A stretch of 56,184 bases of DNA, taken from NCBI GenBank assembly GCA_964515295.1, contig CAZETW010000006.1, positions 1 through 56,184 on the forward strand, read 5' to 3'. This DNA is from an uncultured bacterium. Lineage in GTDB: Bacteria; Zhuqueibacterota; QNDG01; CAYUAG01. Under the pieces are notes generated by a model. That model did no database searches, had not been told where the DNA came from, and was given only the letters and a program-made list of their open reading frames with translations. This document shows positions 1 through 10,718 of the stretch, in pieces. The position numbers and the translations under genes are program-made. Numbering within the stretch: the stretch's first letter is position 1; each line of letters starts with the position of its first letter.

Positions 1-110
1 CTGCATGCCCTTTTTGTCTTTTAACGCTGGAAGATGCAGTTAAAACAACTGGAAATGAGGACAAAATTGAAGTTAAGGATATTGCTGAGTTAATAGCTGA
101 GATGATGTGA
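1..110 (+). CDS. 3' end of a CCG-domain Fe-S oxidoreductase (HdrD/FadF/GlpC-like), partial
   Basis: Frame from base 3 reads ACPFCLLTLEDAVKTTGNEDKIEVKDIAELIAEMM*, the typical ACPxC...V.DI.EL end of a CCG domain. It lies directly upstream of etfB. Confidence 0.8.
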   Translation, partial: ACPFCLLTLEDAVKTTGNEDKIEVKDIAELIAEMM

Positions 111-165
111 ATGAATTGACAGTAAAAATAAATGATCAATTAATAAAATAAGAGGAGCATGATTT

Positions 166-954
166 ATGGATATTGTTGTATGTATAAAAAGAGTTCCTGA
201 TACTGCTGAGTCAGAAGTTAAGATTGACTCGACAGGTAAAGATATTGTAAAAGAGGGACTTGCTTTCAATATTAATGAAGCTGATAATTATGCCCTGGAA
301 GAAGCCCTTCTAATCAAAGAGGAAATGGGAGGTACAGTTACTCTGGTAACAATGGGTACTGAAAAAGCAGAAGAAACTATTAAGATGGGATTAGCTAAAG
401 GAGCGGATAAAGCAGTAAGGCTTGATGATCCTGCTTTTGCTGAATCGGATGGAGAAGTCACGGCCAGGATACTAGCATCAGCTATAAAGGATATGGAGTA
501 TGATCTGGTTTTGACCGGCTGTATTGCCACAGATAACTGGTATTCCCAGGTGGGACCTGCACTGGCAGAAATGTTAGGAATTCCTCATGCCAATATGGTA
601 ACCAAAGAGGAAATAAAGGATAAGAAAGTCCATGCTTTCCGTGAACTGGAGGGTGGTCTTTTAGAAAAACTGGAAATCGAACTTCCTGCAGTGCTCAGTA
701 TTCAGACTGGAATCAATGAACCACGGTATGCTTCTATAATGGGTATAGCTAAAGCCTCTAAGAAAGAAATTGAATTGAAAGGATTGAATGATCTTGGTTT
801 GCAGGAGGATAAAGTTGGGGTAAAAGGATCAAAAACATCAATTGAAAAACTTGAGCTTCCGGTACAGGAAAAGATGGCAGAATTGATCTCAGGGGCACCT
901 GAAGAAGCGGCAGAAAAATTATCCGGCATCCTGAAGGAAAGGGGGGTTGTATGA
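166..954 (+). CDS. etfB: Electron transfer flavoprotein beta subunit
   Basis: MDIVVCIKRVPDT start, NEADNYALEEAL, RELEGG and NEPRYAS motifs; GAGGAG RBS. Confidence 0.96.
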   Translation: MDIVVCIKRVPDTAESEVKIDSTGKDIVKEGLAFNINEADNYALEEALLIKEEMGGTVTLVTMGTEKAEETIKMGLAKGADKAVRLDDPAFAESDGEVTARILASAIKDMEYDLVLTGCIATDNWYSQVGPALAEMLGIPHANMVTKEEIKDKKVHAFRELEGGLLEKLEIELPAVLSIQTGINEPRYASIMGIAKASKKEIELKGLNDLGLQEDKVGVKGSKTSIEKLELPVQEKMAELISGAPEEAAEKLSGILKERGVV

Positions 955-1928
955 AAGAGATATTTGTACTGACAGAACACAGACAGGGGAAAATCCAGGA
1001 TGTTACGTTTGAGCTTTTATCCGGAGCAGCCGGATTTGCTGAAGAAAATGACGGAAGTGTTACTGCTGTTCTTTTAGGTTCCGGTGTAGATGCTTTTATA
1101 GATGAATTAAAAGGATGGACTCATAAAATTCTGGTTGTCGAAGATGATAAGTTAAAGGATTTCAATGCTGATGCTTACCAGAAAGTTCTATCATCTCTAA
1201 TTAAAGAATATAAACCTTACACAACCTTTATAGCTCAATCAGGTTTTGGTGTGGATGTAGCACCCAGCCTGGCAGTGGAATTAGATTATCCGCTTACAAC
1301 CGATTGTTATGATATTAGCATAGAGAATGGACAGCTTATAGGTTATCGTCAGATGTACGGGGGCAAAGTTAATGCAATGATCAGGATTGCAGATTCACCG
1401 GGAACCATTATAACTATACGTCCTGCATCCTTCAAACCGGAAAAAGGTGATTTTAAAACAGAGGTGGTAAAAGCTGACTCCCCGTTAAAGGAAGAAATTA
1501 CCTATCGTAAATTTTTAGAATATGTTGAAGCAGCGGTTGGTGAAGTTGATATTACCCAGGCAGATATTGTCATTGGAGTAGGAAGAGGGATAAAAGAAGA
1601 AGATAATATCCCTGTAGTTCAGGACCTTGCTGATACTCTGGGTGGCGTCCTTGCCTGTTCCCGTCCTATTGTGGATGCCGGATGGCTTCCCAAGGATCGT
1701 CAGGTGGGATCTTCAGGTAAAACAATAAAACCCAAACTCTATATTGCTTTGGGGATAAGCGGAGCATTTCAGCACGTCTCAGGCATAAAGAGTGCTGATA
1801 CAGTAGTAGCTGTTAACAAAGACTGCAACGCTCCTATTTTTGGGGTTGCAGATTACGGCATTGTTGATGATTTACTGAAAGTAGTTCCTGCATTAACTAA
1901 TAGATTCAAGGAATCAAAGGCAGATTAA
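951..1928 (+). CDS. etfA: Electron transfer flavoprotein alpha subunit
   Basis: SRPIVDAGW, QVGSSGKTIKPKLYIALGISGAFQH FAD-binding signature; ATGA overlap with etfB. Confidence 0.96.
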   Translation: MKEIFVLTEHRQGKIQDVTFELLSGAAGFAEENDGSVTAVLLGSGVDAFIDELKGWTHKILVVEDDKLKDFNADAYQKVLSSLIKEYKPYTTFIAQSGFGVDVAPSLAVELDYPLTTDCYDISIENGQLIGYRQMYGGKVNAMIRIADSPGTIITIRPASFKPEKGDFKTEVVKADSPLKEEITYRKFLEYVEAAVGEVDITQADIVIGVGRGIKEEDNIPVVQDLADTLGGVLACSRPIVDAGWLPKDRQVGSSGKTIKPKLYIALGISGAFQHVSGIKSADTVVAVNKDCNAPIFGVADYGIVDDLLKVVPALTNRFKESKAD

Positions 1929-1929
1929 T

Positions 1930-3885
1930 ATGGCAAAAATAGGTGTATATGTATGTCACTGCGGGATTAATATCGCTTCTACAGTGGATATTGAAAGAGT
2001 TGTAACAGCGGCTGAAAAGTATCATTCTGTAGCTGTAGCAAGAGATTATCCTTATATGTGTTCGGATCCTGGTCAGGAATTAATTAAAAAAGATATAAAA
2101 GAATATAAACTGGATCATGTTGTTATCGCAGCCTGTTCACCTCAAATGCATGAGTCCACTTTTAGAAAAACCTGTGAATCAGCCGGAGTGAATGCGTATT
2201 GTCTGGAAATTGCGAATATCAGAGAACAGTGTTCCTGGGTACATGATTCCAGAGAAGAGGCAACTGCTAAAGCTATTGACCTGGTGTTGAGTTCATTGTC
2301 CCGAGCGCAGCTTTTAAAACCTCTTGAAATTCAGGAAGTCCCGGTAACGAGATCTACTTTGGTAATAGGAGGCGGAATTGCCGGTATTCAGGCAGCACTG
2401 GATATTGCAGATGCAGGATTTAAAGTATATCTGGTGGAAAAGACTCCTTCTGTAGGCGGTCATATGGCACAGTTGGATAAAACTTTTCCCACTCTGGATT
2501 GTTCGGCTTGTATACTTACTCCTAAGATGGTGGATGTAGCAAATCATCCCAACATAGAGCTTCTGACCTATTCAGAAGTTGAAAAAGTAGAAGGATTTAT
2601 TGGAAACTACCAGGCAACAATAAAGAAGAAACCCAGATATGTCGATGTTGATAAATGTACCGGATGTGGTCTATGTGCAGAAAATTGTCGTTTGAAAGAT
2701 CGTATAGACAGTGAATTTGATGTGAATATGGGTAAACGTTCAGCAATTTATGTCCCATTTCCCCAGGCAGTTCCCTTAAAGTATACTGTTGATCCGGAAA
2801 ACTGTCTTTTTGTCACCAGAGGGAAATGCGGTAAATATCCTCCCTGTAAAGATATATGTGAAGCAGGTGCTATCGATTTTGACCAGAAGGAAGAATACAT
2901 TGATATTGACATTGGAACCATCATTGTGGCTACCGGATATGAAGTGTTTAATGCAGAGCGTAAACCAGAACTTGCCTATAAATACTATGAGAATGTTATT
3001 ACCGGATTAGAATTTGAAAGACTGGTATCTTCTTCCGGCCCAACTGAAGGAAATATTATCATTGGCGAAAAAGTACCAAAGAAAGTAGTGTTTATACAGT
3101 GTGTAGGTTCAAGGGATAAAAATCTGGGAAATGAATACTGTTCCAGAGTGTGCTGTATGTATGCTATTAAACAGGCGCATCTGATTAAAGAAAAGATTCC
3201 GGATGCTCAGGTAACAATTCTATATATGGATATCAGATGTTTTGGAAAAGGATATGAGGAATTTTATGATCGTGTTCGATCCGAAGGAGTTATTTTCCGG
3301 CGGGCGATTGGATCTGAAATTTATAAAAAAGGGGATGGATTAGCAGTTCGTACTGAGGATACATTTTTGGGAAAAACAGTTGAAGTGGAGGCAGATCTGG
3401 TGGTGCTGTCAGTTGGTATGGAGATTGGTGAAGGTTCTAAGCAAATTGCTGATTTACTAAAGCTTTCTATGTCAACAGACGACTTTCTTATGGAGGCCCA
3501 TCCGAAGTTAAGACCAGTAGATACTGCTACGGAAGGAATATTTCTGGCCGGCTGCTGTCAGGGTCCAAAAGATATTCCGGATACAGTTGCTCAGGCAAAA
3601 GCAGCAGCTGCTTCTGCAGTTATTCCCCTCAGTAAAGGAAAAGTTTTTATTGAACCTATTATAGCTACAACAAATCCGGATCTCTGTTCCGGCTGCCGAA
3701 TATGCGAATCAGTGTGTGAATATAAAGCACCGGAATATGATGAGGAGAATGAAGTTATACAAATAAATGCAGCTTTGTGTAAAGGATGCGGTTCTTGTGC
3801 AAGTGCTTGTCCCAGCAGTGCTATCACCATTCAGCATTTTACAGATGCACAGATTTTAGCTCAACTGCATTCACTTTCTGGATGA
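1930..3885 (+). CDS. hdrA: Heterodisulfide reductase subunit A-like flavo-iron-sulfur protein
   Basis: VYVCHCGINI, NIREQCSWVH, GGGIAG, DKTFPTLDCSAC, CVGSRD...CSRVCC, inserted and C-terminal ferredoxin motifs. Confidence 0.96.
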   Translation: MAKIGVYVCHCGINIASTVDIERVVTAAEKYHSVAVARDYPYMCSDPGQELIKKDIKEYKLDHVVIAACSPQMHESTFRKTCESAGVNAYCLEIANIREQCSWVHDSREEATAKAIDLVLSSLSRAQLLKPLEIQEVPVTRSTLVIGGGIAGIQAALDIADAGFKVYLVEKTPSVGGHMAQLDKTFPTLDCSACILTPKMVDVANHPNIELLTYSEVEKVEGFIGNYQATIKKKPRYVDVDKCTGCGLCAENCRLKDRIDSEFDVNMGKRSAIYVPFPQAVPLKYTVDPENCLFVTRGKCGKYPPCKDICEAGAIDFDQKEEYIDIDIGTIIVATGYEVFNAERKPELAYKYYENVITGLEFERLVSSSGPTEGNIIIGEKVPKKVVFIQCVGSRDKNLGNEYCSRVCCMYAIKQAHLIKEKIPDAQVTILYMDIRCFGKGYEEFYDRVRSEGVIFRRAIGSEIYKKGDGLAVRTEDTFLGKTVEVEADLVVLSVGMEIGEGSKQIADLLKLSMSTDDFLMEAHPKLRPVDTATEGIFLAGCCQGPKDIPDTVAQAKAAAASAVIPLSKGKVFIEPIIATTNPDLCSGCRICESVCEYKAPEYDEENEVIQINAALCKGCGSCASACPSSAITIQHFTDAQILAQLHSLSG

Positions 3886-3925
3886 ATATGATAAATTTTA
3901 TAAAATTTGATAAGATAAGAATTAA

Positions 3926-4387
3926 ATGGATAAAATTTTGAATAAGTCAATAAGTAATGATAATTGGAAACCGAAAATAATTGGCTTTGCATGCAACTGG
4001 TGTTGCTATGCAGGAGCTGATCTAGCAGGCACTTCCCGGATAAAATATCCTGCAAACATAAGAATAATACGATTGATGTGTACTGGCAGGATTGATCCCA
4101 CATTTATTCTTCAGGCATTTTTGGAAGGGATAGATGGTATATTTATCGGAGGATGCCATCCCGGTGATTGTCATTATCAGTCAGGTAACTATAAAGCCCT
4201 GAGGTGTATACAGCTAACCAGAAAAATGATACATCAATTAGGTGTTGATCCAGAACGTCTTCATCTGGAATGGATATCAGCTTCTGAAGGGAAGCTGTTT
4301 GCTGATGCAGTGTCAGTGTTCACGGATAAGGTTAAATCTTTAGGACCAAGTCCATTAAAAAAGAATAAGATGAATTATGTCAAATAA
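3926..4387 (+). CDS. mvhD: MvhD/FlpD [2Fe-2S] subunit
   Basis: CNWCCYAGADLAG, MCTGRID, GCHPGDCHY, WISASEG. Confidence 0.93.
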   Translation: MDKILNKSISNDNWKPKIIGFACNWCCYAGADLAGTSRIKYPANIRIIRLMCTGRIDPTFILQAFLEGIDGIFIGGCHPGDCHYQSGNYKALRCIQLTRKMIHQLGVDPERLHLEWISASEGKLFADAVSVFTDKVKSLGPSPLKKNKMNYVK

Positions 4388-4916
4388 ATCAGCAATAAAT
4401 AGAGGACAGGTTCAGGTATATACCGGAAAAGGCAAAGGAAAGACAACTGCTGCTTTAGGATTGGCTCTGCGGGCTTGCGGTCATAACTGGAAGGTACTGA
4501 TGATTTGTTTTATGAAAGGAGATCCTAATTATGGTGAGGTTATATTAGCAAGAAAAATCCCCAATTTCACCATAGTACAATCAGGATTACCTACTTTTGT
4601 TAAAAAAGGAGCCCCTTCAGAAGAAGATCTTCGGCTGGCCCGTGAAGGATTTCAGATGGCAGAAAAAGCGATCCAACAGAAAAAATATGACATGATCATT
4701 CTGGATGAAATTAATGTAGCTGTAGATTACGATTTACTGACATTAAAGGAATTACTTGAGTTGATAGACAAAAAACCTGCGGATGTGGAGCTTGTATTAA
4801 CCGGACGCTCTGCCCATCCTGAAATAGTAAAAAGAGCTAATCTTGTCAGTGAAGTACTGGAAATAAAACATTATTATACAAAAGGGATTGATGGCAGAGA
4901 AGGCATTGAATATTAA
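4377..4916 (+). CDS. cobO: Cob(I)alamin adenosyltransferase (CobO/BtuR type)
   Basis: YTGKGKGKTTAALG P-loop, ILDEINVA, VLTGR, HYY..G...REGIEY. Confidence 0.93.
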   Translation: MSNKSAINRGQVQVYTGKGKGKTTAALGLALRACGHNWKVLMICFMKGDPNYGEVILARKIPNFTIVQSGLPTFVKKGAPSEEDLRLAREGFQMAEKAIQQKKYDMIILDEINVAVDYDLLTLKELLELIDKKPADVELVLTGRSAHPEIVKRANLVSEVLEIKHYYTKGIDGREGIEY

Positions 4917-5862
4917 TAACTTATTAAAAAAATTCAATTCCGGAGACCGTTCGGCATGTGCGCGAATAATTTCAAAAATGGAAAATGAATCTTCTGATTC
5001 ATCTGATCTTTTTAATGCAGTGTATCATAAAGTAGGGAATGCCCACCGAATAGGTATTACTGGTCCTCCCGGAGCCGGAAAAAGTACATTAGTTGAGAAA
5101 CTCACACTTCAAATAAGAAAAAATGGGAATACTGTAGCAATAGTTGCGGTGGATCCTTCTTCCCCTTTCAGCGGTGGAGCAATTCTGGGAGACAGAATTC
5201 GGATGTCAAAGTTGTTTTTAGATCCGGGAGTATTTATTCGAAGTATGGCTACCAGGGGAAGTTTGGGGGGGATTTCTTCCAAAACCAGGGCAGTATGTGA
5301 TCTTCTGGATGCATTTGGAAAAGATATAATTATAATTGAGACTGTAGGAGTAGGGCAGGCGGAATTAGATATAGTGAAAGCCGCTCATACAACGATTGTC
5401 TGCTTGGTTCCGGAATCAGGTGATGGTATCCAGGCCATGAAAGCCGGTCTGATGGAAATAGGTGATCTGTTTGTGGTTAACAAAGCTGACCGTGATGGTG
5501 CAGATCAGTTATATACAGAAATTGAGACGATACTTGATATGCTTCTGGATACTAATAAATGGCGTCCCCAAGTTTTTCAAACTATAGCAAAAGATGATAA
5601 GGGAATAGACAGTCTGATTAACGGAGTGAATGAACATTTTCAATATATAAAAGATCATGATCTGTTGATCAGTTATAAAGAGGAAAACATAAGATCCGGT
5701 GTTATTCAGGAATTACAGGGCAGATTTTCAGATTCGTTATATACTAATTCAAATATTAAAGCTTTATTTCGTAAAAATATCAAACAGGTCTGTGAGGGAA
5801 AAATGACTCCTGGAGAAGTAGTGGATAAGATGTGGCATATTTTATATAAAAAAGAATTGTAA
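4891..5862 (+). CDS. meaB: Acyl-CoA mutase-associated GTPase MeaB/ArgK
   Basis: GPPGAGKST, DPSSPFSGGAILGDRIRM, ETVGVGQ, NKAD. Confidence 0.95.
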   Translation: MAEKALNINNLLKKFNSGDRSACARIISKMENESSDSSDLFNAVYHKVGNAHRIGITGPPGAGKSTLVEKLTLQIRKNGNTVAIVAVDPSSPFSGGAILGDRIRMSKLFLDPGVFIRSMATRGSLGGISSKTRAVCDLLDAFGKDIIIIETVGVGQAELDIVKAAHTTIVCLVPESGDGIQAMKAGLMEIGDLFVVNKADRDGADQLYTEIETILDMLLDTNKWRPQVFQTIAKDDKGIDSLINGVNEHFQYIKDHDLLISYKEENIRSGVIQELQGRFSDSLYTNSNIKALFRKNIKQVCEGKMTPGEVVDKMWHILYKKEL

Positions 5863-5887
5863 AATTTGCAATAAAAGGTAATGAGAC

Positions 5888-7543
5888 ATGTCAAAAAACA
5901 TAAAATCGGAAAAAAATAAATGGCAAAAAAAGTTTGAATCCTGTCAAAAAAGGGATATTAGTTTTAATACCGTATCAGGTGAACAGATCGAACCATTGTA
6001 TACACCTGAAGATTTACAGGATTTTGATTATACCGAGGATCTTGGTTTTCCAGGTGAATACCCATTTACCCGGGGAGTATATGACTCCATGTACCGGGGA
6101 AGACTCTGGACTATGCGGATGTTCTCCGGTTTCGGCAGTGCTGAAGACACTAATAAACGCTACCATTATCTTTTAGAACACGGACAGACCGGTCTTTCCG
6201 TTGCTTTTGATTTTCCTACATTATATGGAAGAGATTCAGATGATCCCTTTTCCTGCGGGGAAGTAGGTAAATGCGGAGTAGCCATTTCATCTCTGGCTGA
6301 TATGGAACGGCTGTTTTCCGGTATTCCCTTGGATAAAGTATCCACCTCGATGACCATAAATGGTCCGGCTGCAATTCTCTGGGCATTTTATATTGCAACA
6401 GCTGAAAAACAGGGAGTAGCATCAGAAAAATTACGGGGAACTATTCAGAATGATGTTCTCAAAGAATATATTGCTCAGAAATCCTGGTTAATACCTCCTG
6501 AACCATCAATGCGTCTTACAGTGGATACTATGGAATACGGTTCCAGACATGTACCAAAATGGAATACTATATCAATCTCCGGATATCATATCAGAGAAGC
6601 AGGTTCTACTGCAGTTCAGGAACTGGCATTTACTCTGGCAGATGGATTTGCTTATGTTGATGCTGGCATACAGTCAGGACTGGATGTAGACAGTTTTGCT
6701 CCCCGTTTATCTTTTTTCTTTAACTCCCATATTGATTTTTTTGAAGAGATAGCTAAATACCGGGCAGCCCGGCGTATCTGGGCCAGAGAAATGAAAAATA
6801 AATATGGTGCAAAGAATAAGCGATCTCTGCTCATGAGGTTCCATACTCAGACTGCGGGATGTACATTAACTGCCCAGCAGCCTGAGAATAACATAGTACG
6901 GGTAGCCTGGCAGGCTCTGGCTGCAGTGTTGGGTGGAACTCAGAGTCTGCATACTAATTCCATGGATGAAACATTGGCTCTTCCTTCGGAAAAAGCAGTT
7001 CTCATAGCACTCAGAACCCAGCAGCTTATAGCTCATGAATCCGGTGCGGTAAATACCATAGATCCTCTGGCAGGATCATATTTTGTAGAATCACTGACGA
7101 ACAAGATGGAAGAAAAAGCATATGAATATTTTGATAAAATTAAGAATTTAGGAGGAATCATTAAAGCAGTTGAAATAGGATATCCTCAAAAAGAAATTGC
7201 TAAAGCTGCCTATCAATATCAGAAAGAAATCGAAGAAAAAAAGCGCATTATTGTGGGGTTAAATGAATATAAAATGAAGAATGAAAAAATTGAGATACCT
7301 ATACTTGAAATTGACCCCCAGGTAGAAAATAATCAACATAAACGATTGGAGAAATTACGTAAAAAACGTGATAATCAAAAAGTAAAGCAAACACTGAATG
7401 ATCTCAGAGATGCCTGTAATGGAACAGATAATCTCATGTATCCCATAATGGAAGCAACCAGAGCGTACGCTACACTGGGAGAGATAGCAGGAGTATTAAA
7501 AGAAGAATTTGGAGAATACAGAGAACCTCCCACATATTGGTAG
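5888..7543 (+). CDS. B12-dependent acyl-CoA mutase large subunit, isobutyryl-CoA mutase-type active site
   Basis: MCM family motifs ([38 protein letters not shown]). It has Phe79 and Gln197 where methylmalonyl-CoA mutases have Tyr and Arg. Confidence 0.9.
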   Translation: MSKNIKSEKNKWQKKFESCQKRDISFNTVSGEQIEPLYTPEDLQDFDYTEDLGFPGEYPFTRGVYDSMYRGRLWTMRMFSGFGSAEDTNKRYHYLLEHGQTGLSVAFDFPTLYGRDSDDPFSCGEVGKCGVAISSLADMERLFSGIPLDKVSTSMTINGPAAILWAFYIATAEKQGVASEKLRGTIQNDVLKEYIAQKSWLIPPEPSMRLTVDTMEYGSRHVPKWNTISISGYHIREAGSTAVQELAFTLADGFAYVDAGIQSGLDVDSFAPRLSFFFNSHIDFFEEIAKYRAARRIWAREMKNKYGAKNKRSLLMRFHTQTAGCTLTAQQPENNIVRVAWQALAAVLGGTQSLHTNSMDETLALPSEKAVLIALRTQQLIAHESGAVNTIDPLAGSYFVESLTNKMEEKAYEYFDKIKNLGGIIKAVEIGYPQKEIAKAAYQYQKEIEEKKRIIVGLNEYKMKNEKIEIPILEIDPQVENNQHKRLEKLRKKRDNQKVKQTLNDLRDACNGTDNLMYPIMEATRAYATLGEIAGVLKEEFGEYREPPTYW

Positions 7544-7563
7544 AATTTATTTAGAGGTGTTTA

Positions 7564-7965
7564 ATGGAAAGAAAAATTAAAATTTTATTAGGTAAACCAG
7601 GCCTGGATGGTCATGACCGAGGAGTAAAGGTTATTGCTCGTGCTTTACGGGATGCTGGTATGGAGGTTATATATACAGGTCTTCATCAGTCACCGGAAAT
7701 GATTGTTGAAGCTGCTGTTCAGGAAGATGTTGATGCTGTCGGACTTTCGATACTTTCCGGTGCTCATATGACCTTATTTCAAAAAGTTAAAGAATTGATG
7801 AAAAAAAACGGAATTGAAGATACGTTGCTCTTTGGTGGTGGTATTATCCCGGATAATGACATTAAAAAACTCAATAAGATCGGGGTTGGACGGATCTTTA
7901 CCCCCGGAGTTTTGACTGAAGAAATTATTACCTATATCAAAGACAATATAAAAACAGATGATTAA
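7564..7965 (+). CDS. Acyl-CoA mutase cobalamin-binding small subunit
   Basis: GLDGHDRG (DxHxxG), SILSGAH, GGGIIP. Confidence 0.95.
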   Translation: MERKIKILLGKPGLDGHDRGVKVIARALRDAGMEVIYTGLHQSPEMIVEAAVQEDVDAVGLSILSGAHMTLFQKVKELMKKNGIEDTLLFGGGIIPDNDIKKLNKIGVGRIFTPGVLTEEIITYIKDNIKTDD

Positions 7966-9115
7966 AAGAAAGAAAATTTACAATATATCAGATATTCAGA
8001 CTCACGTTCGGGAAACAGCCAGAGATTTTGGTGAAAAAGAAATTTTACCTTATCTGCAAATGTATAATGGTTATTCTCCTGAATTTCCTCTTGACTTATA
8101 TAAAAAGATGGTAGAGCAAGGTTTTATCGGATATACTACTCCTGAAAGTTTAGGAGGCAATGCAAAAACCTGGATTGAATATGCCACTCTCATAGAAGAA
8201 ATTTCTTATTTTGATGCTTCAATCGGATTTATTATTTCCATAGGAAATCTGGCTTTATTGCCTATTGAATTCTTTGGAAATGAGGATCAGAAAAAGCTTT
8301 TTATAAAGAAAATGATACAGGGAAAAATGATCGGTGCTTTTGCTCTTACTGAACCTCAGGCTGGTTCTGATGCTGCTAATATTCAGACTAAGGCGGTATT
8401 TAAAAGCGATAAATATATTCTTAACGGAGAGAAACTTTTTATTTCCAGCGGTGATGTAGCTGATATAATTGTGTTGATTTGTCAGATCAAAAAAGGTTCG
8501 GAAAAAGGCTTGGGAGTTCTTCTGGTAGAAACTGAATCTCTTAAAGGATTAAACAGAGAAAAATTAAAAGATAAAATGGGATTACGAGGTTCTACTACAG
8601 CCAGACTGCATTTTAAAAACTGTCAGATACCGGAAGAATCATTATTGGGCACAATAGGTAACGGTTTTAAGATTGCTATGAAATCACTTGATTATTCCCG
8701 GGTAGCCGTTGCAGCTCAGGCAGTGGGACTGGCACAGGCATGCTTTGACAGATCAGTGCATTATGCAAAAAAAAGGGAGGTTTTCGGAAAACCTCTTTCC
8801 AGGCTTCCGGCAATTCAAAATATGATTGCAGACATGTCCTGCAGACTTGAAGCAGCCAGATTAATGACCTATAAAGCTGCTTTATTAATGGATGAAAATC
8901 TCTCTTTTACAGAAGAATCAGCTCAGGCCAAGTTATATAGTTCAGAATGTGTGAATTACATAGCTGATAAGGCAGTTCAGATCCAGGGAGGATACGGATA
9001 TGTAGGTGAGTTATCAGATATTGAAAAACTATACAGAGATGCCCGGGTTATTCCAATCTATGAGGGCACTTCAGAGATTCAAAAAATGATCATTGCCAGA
9101 AATGAATTAAAATAG
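7958..9115 (+). CDS. Short/branched-chain acyl-CoA dehydrogenase
   Basis: [44 protein letters not shown] with the catalytic Glu. Confidence 0.93.
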   Translation: MIKRKKIYNISDIQTHVRETARDFGEKEILPYLQMYNGYSPEFPLDLYKKMVEQGFIGYTTPESLGGNAKTWIEYATLIEEISYFDASIGFIISIGNLALLPIEFFGNEDQKKLFIKKMIQGKMIGAFALTEPQAGSDAANIQTKAVFKSDKYILNGEKLFISSGDVADIIVLICQIKKGSEKGLGVLLVETESLKGLNREKLKDKMGLRGSTTARLHFKNCQIPEESLLGTIGNGFKIAMKSLDYSRVAVAAQAVGLAQACFDRSVHYAKKREVFGKPLSRLPAIQNMIADMSCRLEAARLMTYKAALLMDENLSFTEESAQAKLYSSECVNYIADKAVQIQGGYGYVGELSDIEKLYRDARVIPIYEGTSEIQKMIIARNELK

Positions 9116-9125
9116 GAGGTATAAG

Positions 9126-10190
9126 GTGGGAAAAGAAAATATCAAAGTAGGGATTGTGACATACGGTGCATATGTTCCGAAACACAGAATAAAAGTGGAA
9201 GAGATAGCCAAAGTCTGGGGTGCAGATGCAGAAAGTTATAAAAAAGGGTTAGAGTTAAGGGAAAAATCAGTCCCAGCTCCTGATGAAGATACTATAACAA
9301 TGTCTGTGGAAGCAACCAGAAATGCTTTGATGCGAAGTCCTGTAAATCCGTTGGATATTGGTGCTGTCTATATTGGTTCGGAATCACATCCCTATGCAGT
9401 TAAGCCGTCCGGTACCACTGTTGCAGAAGCGATCGGCGCTACTCCTGATATTCACTGTGCAGATTATGAATTTGCCTGTAAGGCAGGATCTGAAGCTATG
9501 TATGTAGCTCTGTCACTGGTAAAAGCAGGGGAGATGAAATATGCCCTGGCTATTGGGGGTGATACTTCCCAGGGAGCACCTGGAGATGCTTTAGAGTATT
9601 CTACTGCAGCAGGTGCCGCAGCTTTTATTATGGGATCAGACAATCTTATTGCGGAATGCGAATATACCCATTCTTTTATGACAGATACACCTGATTTCTG
9701 GAGAAGAGAATATCAGTATTATCCTCAGCATGCAGGACGTTTTACCGGCAAACCTGCTTATTTCAAGCATGTCCTCGGTTCTGCTGAAGCTATATTGAAA
9801 AAAAGCGGGATGAAACCGGATGATTTTACCTATGTGGTATTTCATCAGCCCAATGGAAAATTTCCTCAAAGAGCAGGGAAAATACTGGGATTCAGCAAAG
9901 AACAGATTGCTCCGGGATGGCTTGCACCTACTCTCGGGAATACATATTCCGGTTCTTCTCCTATGGGTTTAACGGCTGCCCTGGATGTATCAAAACCCGG
10001 TGATAAAATTCTTATGGTTTCTTACGGATCAGGTGCAGGGAGTGATTCTTTTATATGGGAAGTAACCGATAAGATCGATGAAGTACGGGATAAAACAGCA
10101 AAAACCAGGGAACAGTTAGAAAAGAATATACGCTATATTGATTATGGAATGTATGCAAAATTCAGGAAAAAGATCAGGAAGAATGTGTGA
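9126..10190 (+). CDS. Hydroxymethylglutaryl-CoA synthase, archaeal type
   Basis: GSESHPYAVKP, EFACKAG (catalytic Cys), FHQPNGKFP, GNTYSG, SYGSGAGSD; 354 aa; GTG start with AGGAGG RBS. Confidence 0.92.
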   Translation: MGKENIKVGIVTYGAYVPKHRIKVEEIAKVWGADAESYKKGLELREKSVPAPDEDTITMSVEATRNALMRSPVNPLDIGAVYIGSESHPYAVKPSGTTVAEAIGATPDIHCADYEFACKAGSEAMYVALSLVKAGEMKYALAIGGDTSQGAPGDALEYSTAAGAAAFIMGSDNLIAECEYTHSFMTDTPDFWRREYQYYPQHAGRFTGKPAYFKHVLGSAEAILKKSGMKPDDFTYVVFHQPNGKFPQRAGKILGFSKEQIAPGWLAPTLGNTYSGSSPMGLTAALDVSKPGDKILMVSYGSGAGSDSFIWEVTDKIDEVRDKTAKTREQLEKNIRYIDYGMYAKFRKKIRKNV

Positions 10191-10246
10191 TATATGTGTA
10201 TGAGAACGTAAGAACTTGGGAATTTTGACGTGTAGAAATTATAAAT

Positions 10247-10286
10247 GACCGCAGACGGCGGACAGCGGACCGCGCGGTCAGCGGTC
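10247..10286. repeat. Degenerate GACNGCR heptamer array with inverted arm
   Basis: gaccgca-gacggcg-gacagcg-gaccgc followed immediately by the inverted gcggtca-gcggtc. Confidence 0.75.
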
Positions 10287-10354
10287 TCTTTAATAAATGT
10301 AATTATGCTATATGAATATGAACAAATTTTTGATTGTCAAACTAATAAGGGGAG

Positions 10355-10693
10355 ATGCTCATGGACTTTCCGGATTTAATAACTGGATTACCGCAAGCAG
10401 ATATTCCTTTTAAAGGGGTGAGGGGATGGATTCTGCAGGGTGATGATCAGCAGATAGTTTTTATGGATATTGCCCCTATTGGTAAAGTTGATGAACATAC
10501 TCACAGTGCTCAATTTGGAGTATTGCTGGATGGAGAAATGTCATTGACAGTAAATGGAAAAACCACTAGACATAAAAAAGGAGACAGTTATTTTATTCCG
10601 GAGCACGTACCGCATTCTGCAGTTTTTCATACTCAGGTGAAAGTTATGGATATGTTTAATGAAAAAGAAAGATATAAGGTAAAGCTGACATAA
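10355..10693 (+). CDS. Cupin domain protein
   Basis: EHTHSAQFGVLLDGEM and GDSYFIPEHVPH cupin motifs. Confidence 0.85.
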   Translation: MLMDFPDLITGLPQADIPFKGVRGWILQGDDQQIVFMDIAPIGKVDEHTHSAQFGVLLDGEMSLTVNGKTTRHKKGDSYFIPEHVPHSAVFHTQVKVMDMFNEKERYKVKLT

Positions 10694-10718
10694 AGTAAGA
10701 ATGTGATAGCTTTAGAAG

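Noticed and set aside
1-4387. Selenocysteine recoding in the CCG protein, HdrA or MvhD
   Set aside because: The relevant Cys positions use TGT/TGC. The TGA codons at 108 and 3883 fall at natural protein ends and are followed by further stops.
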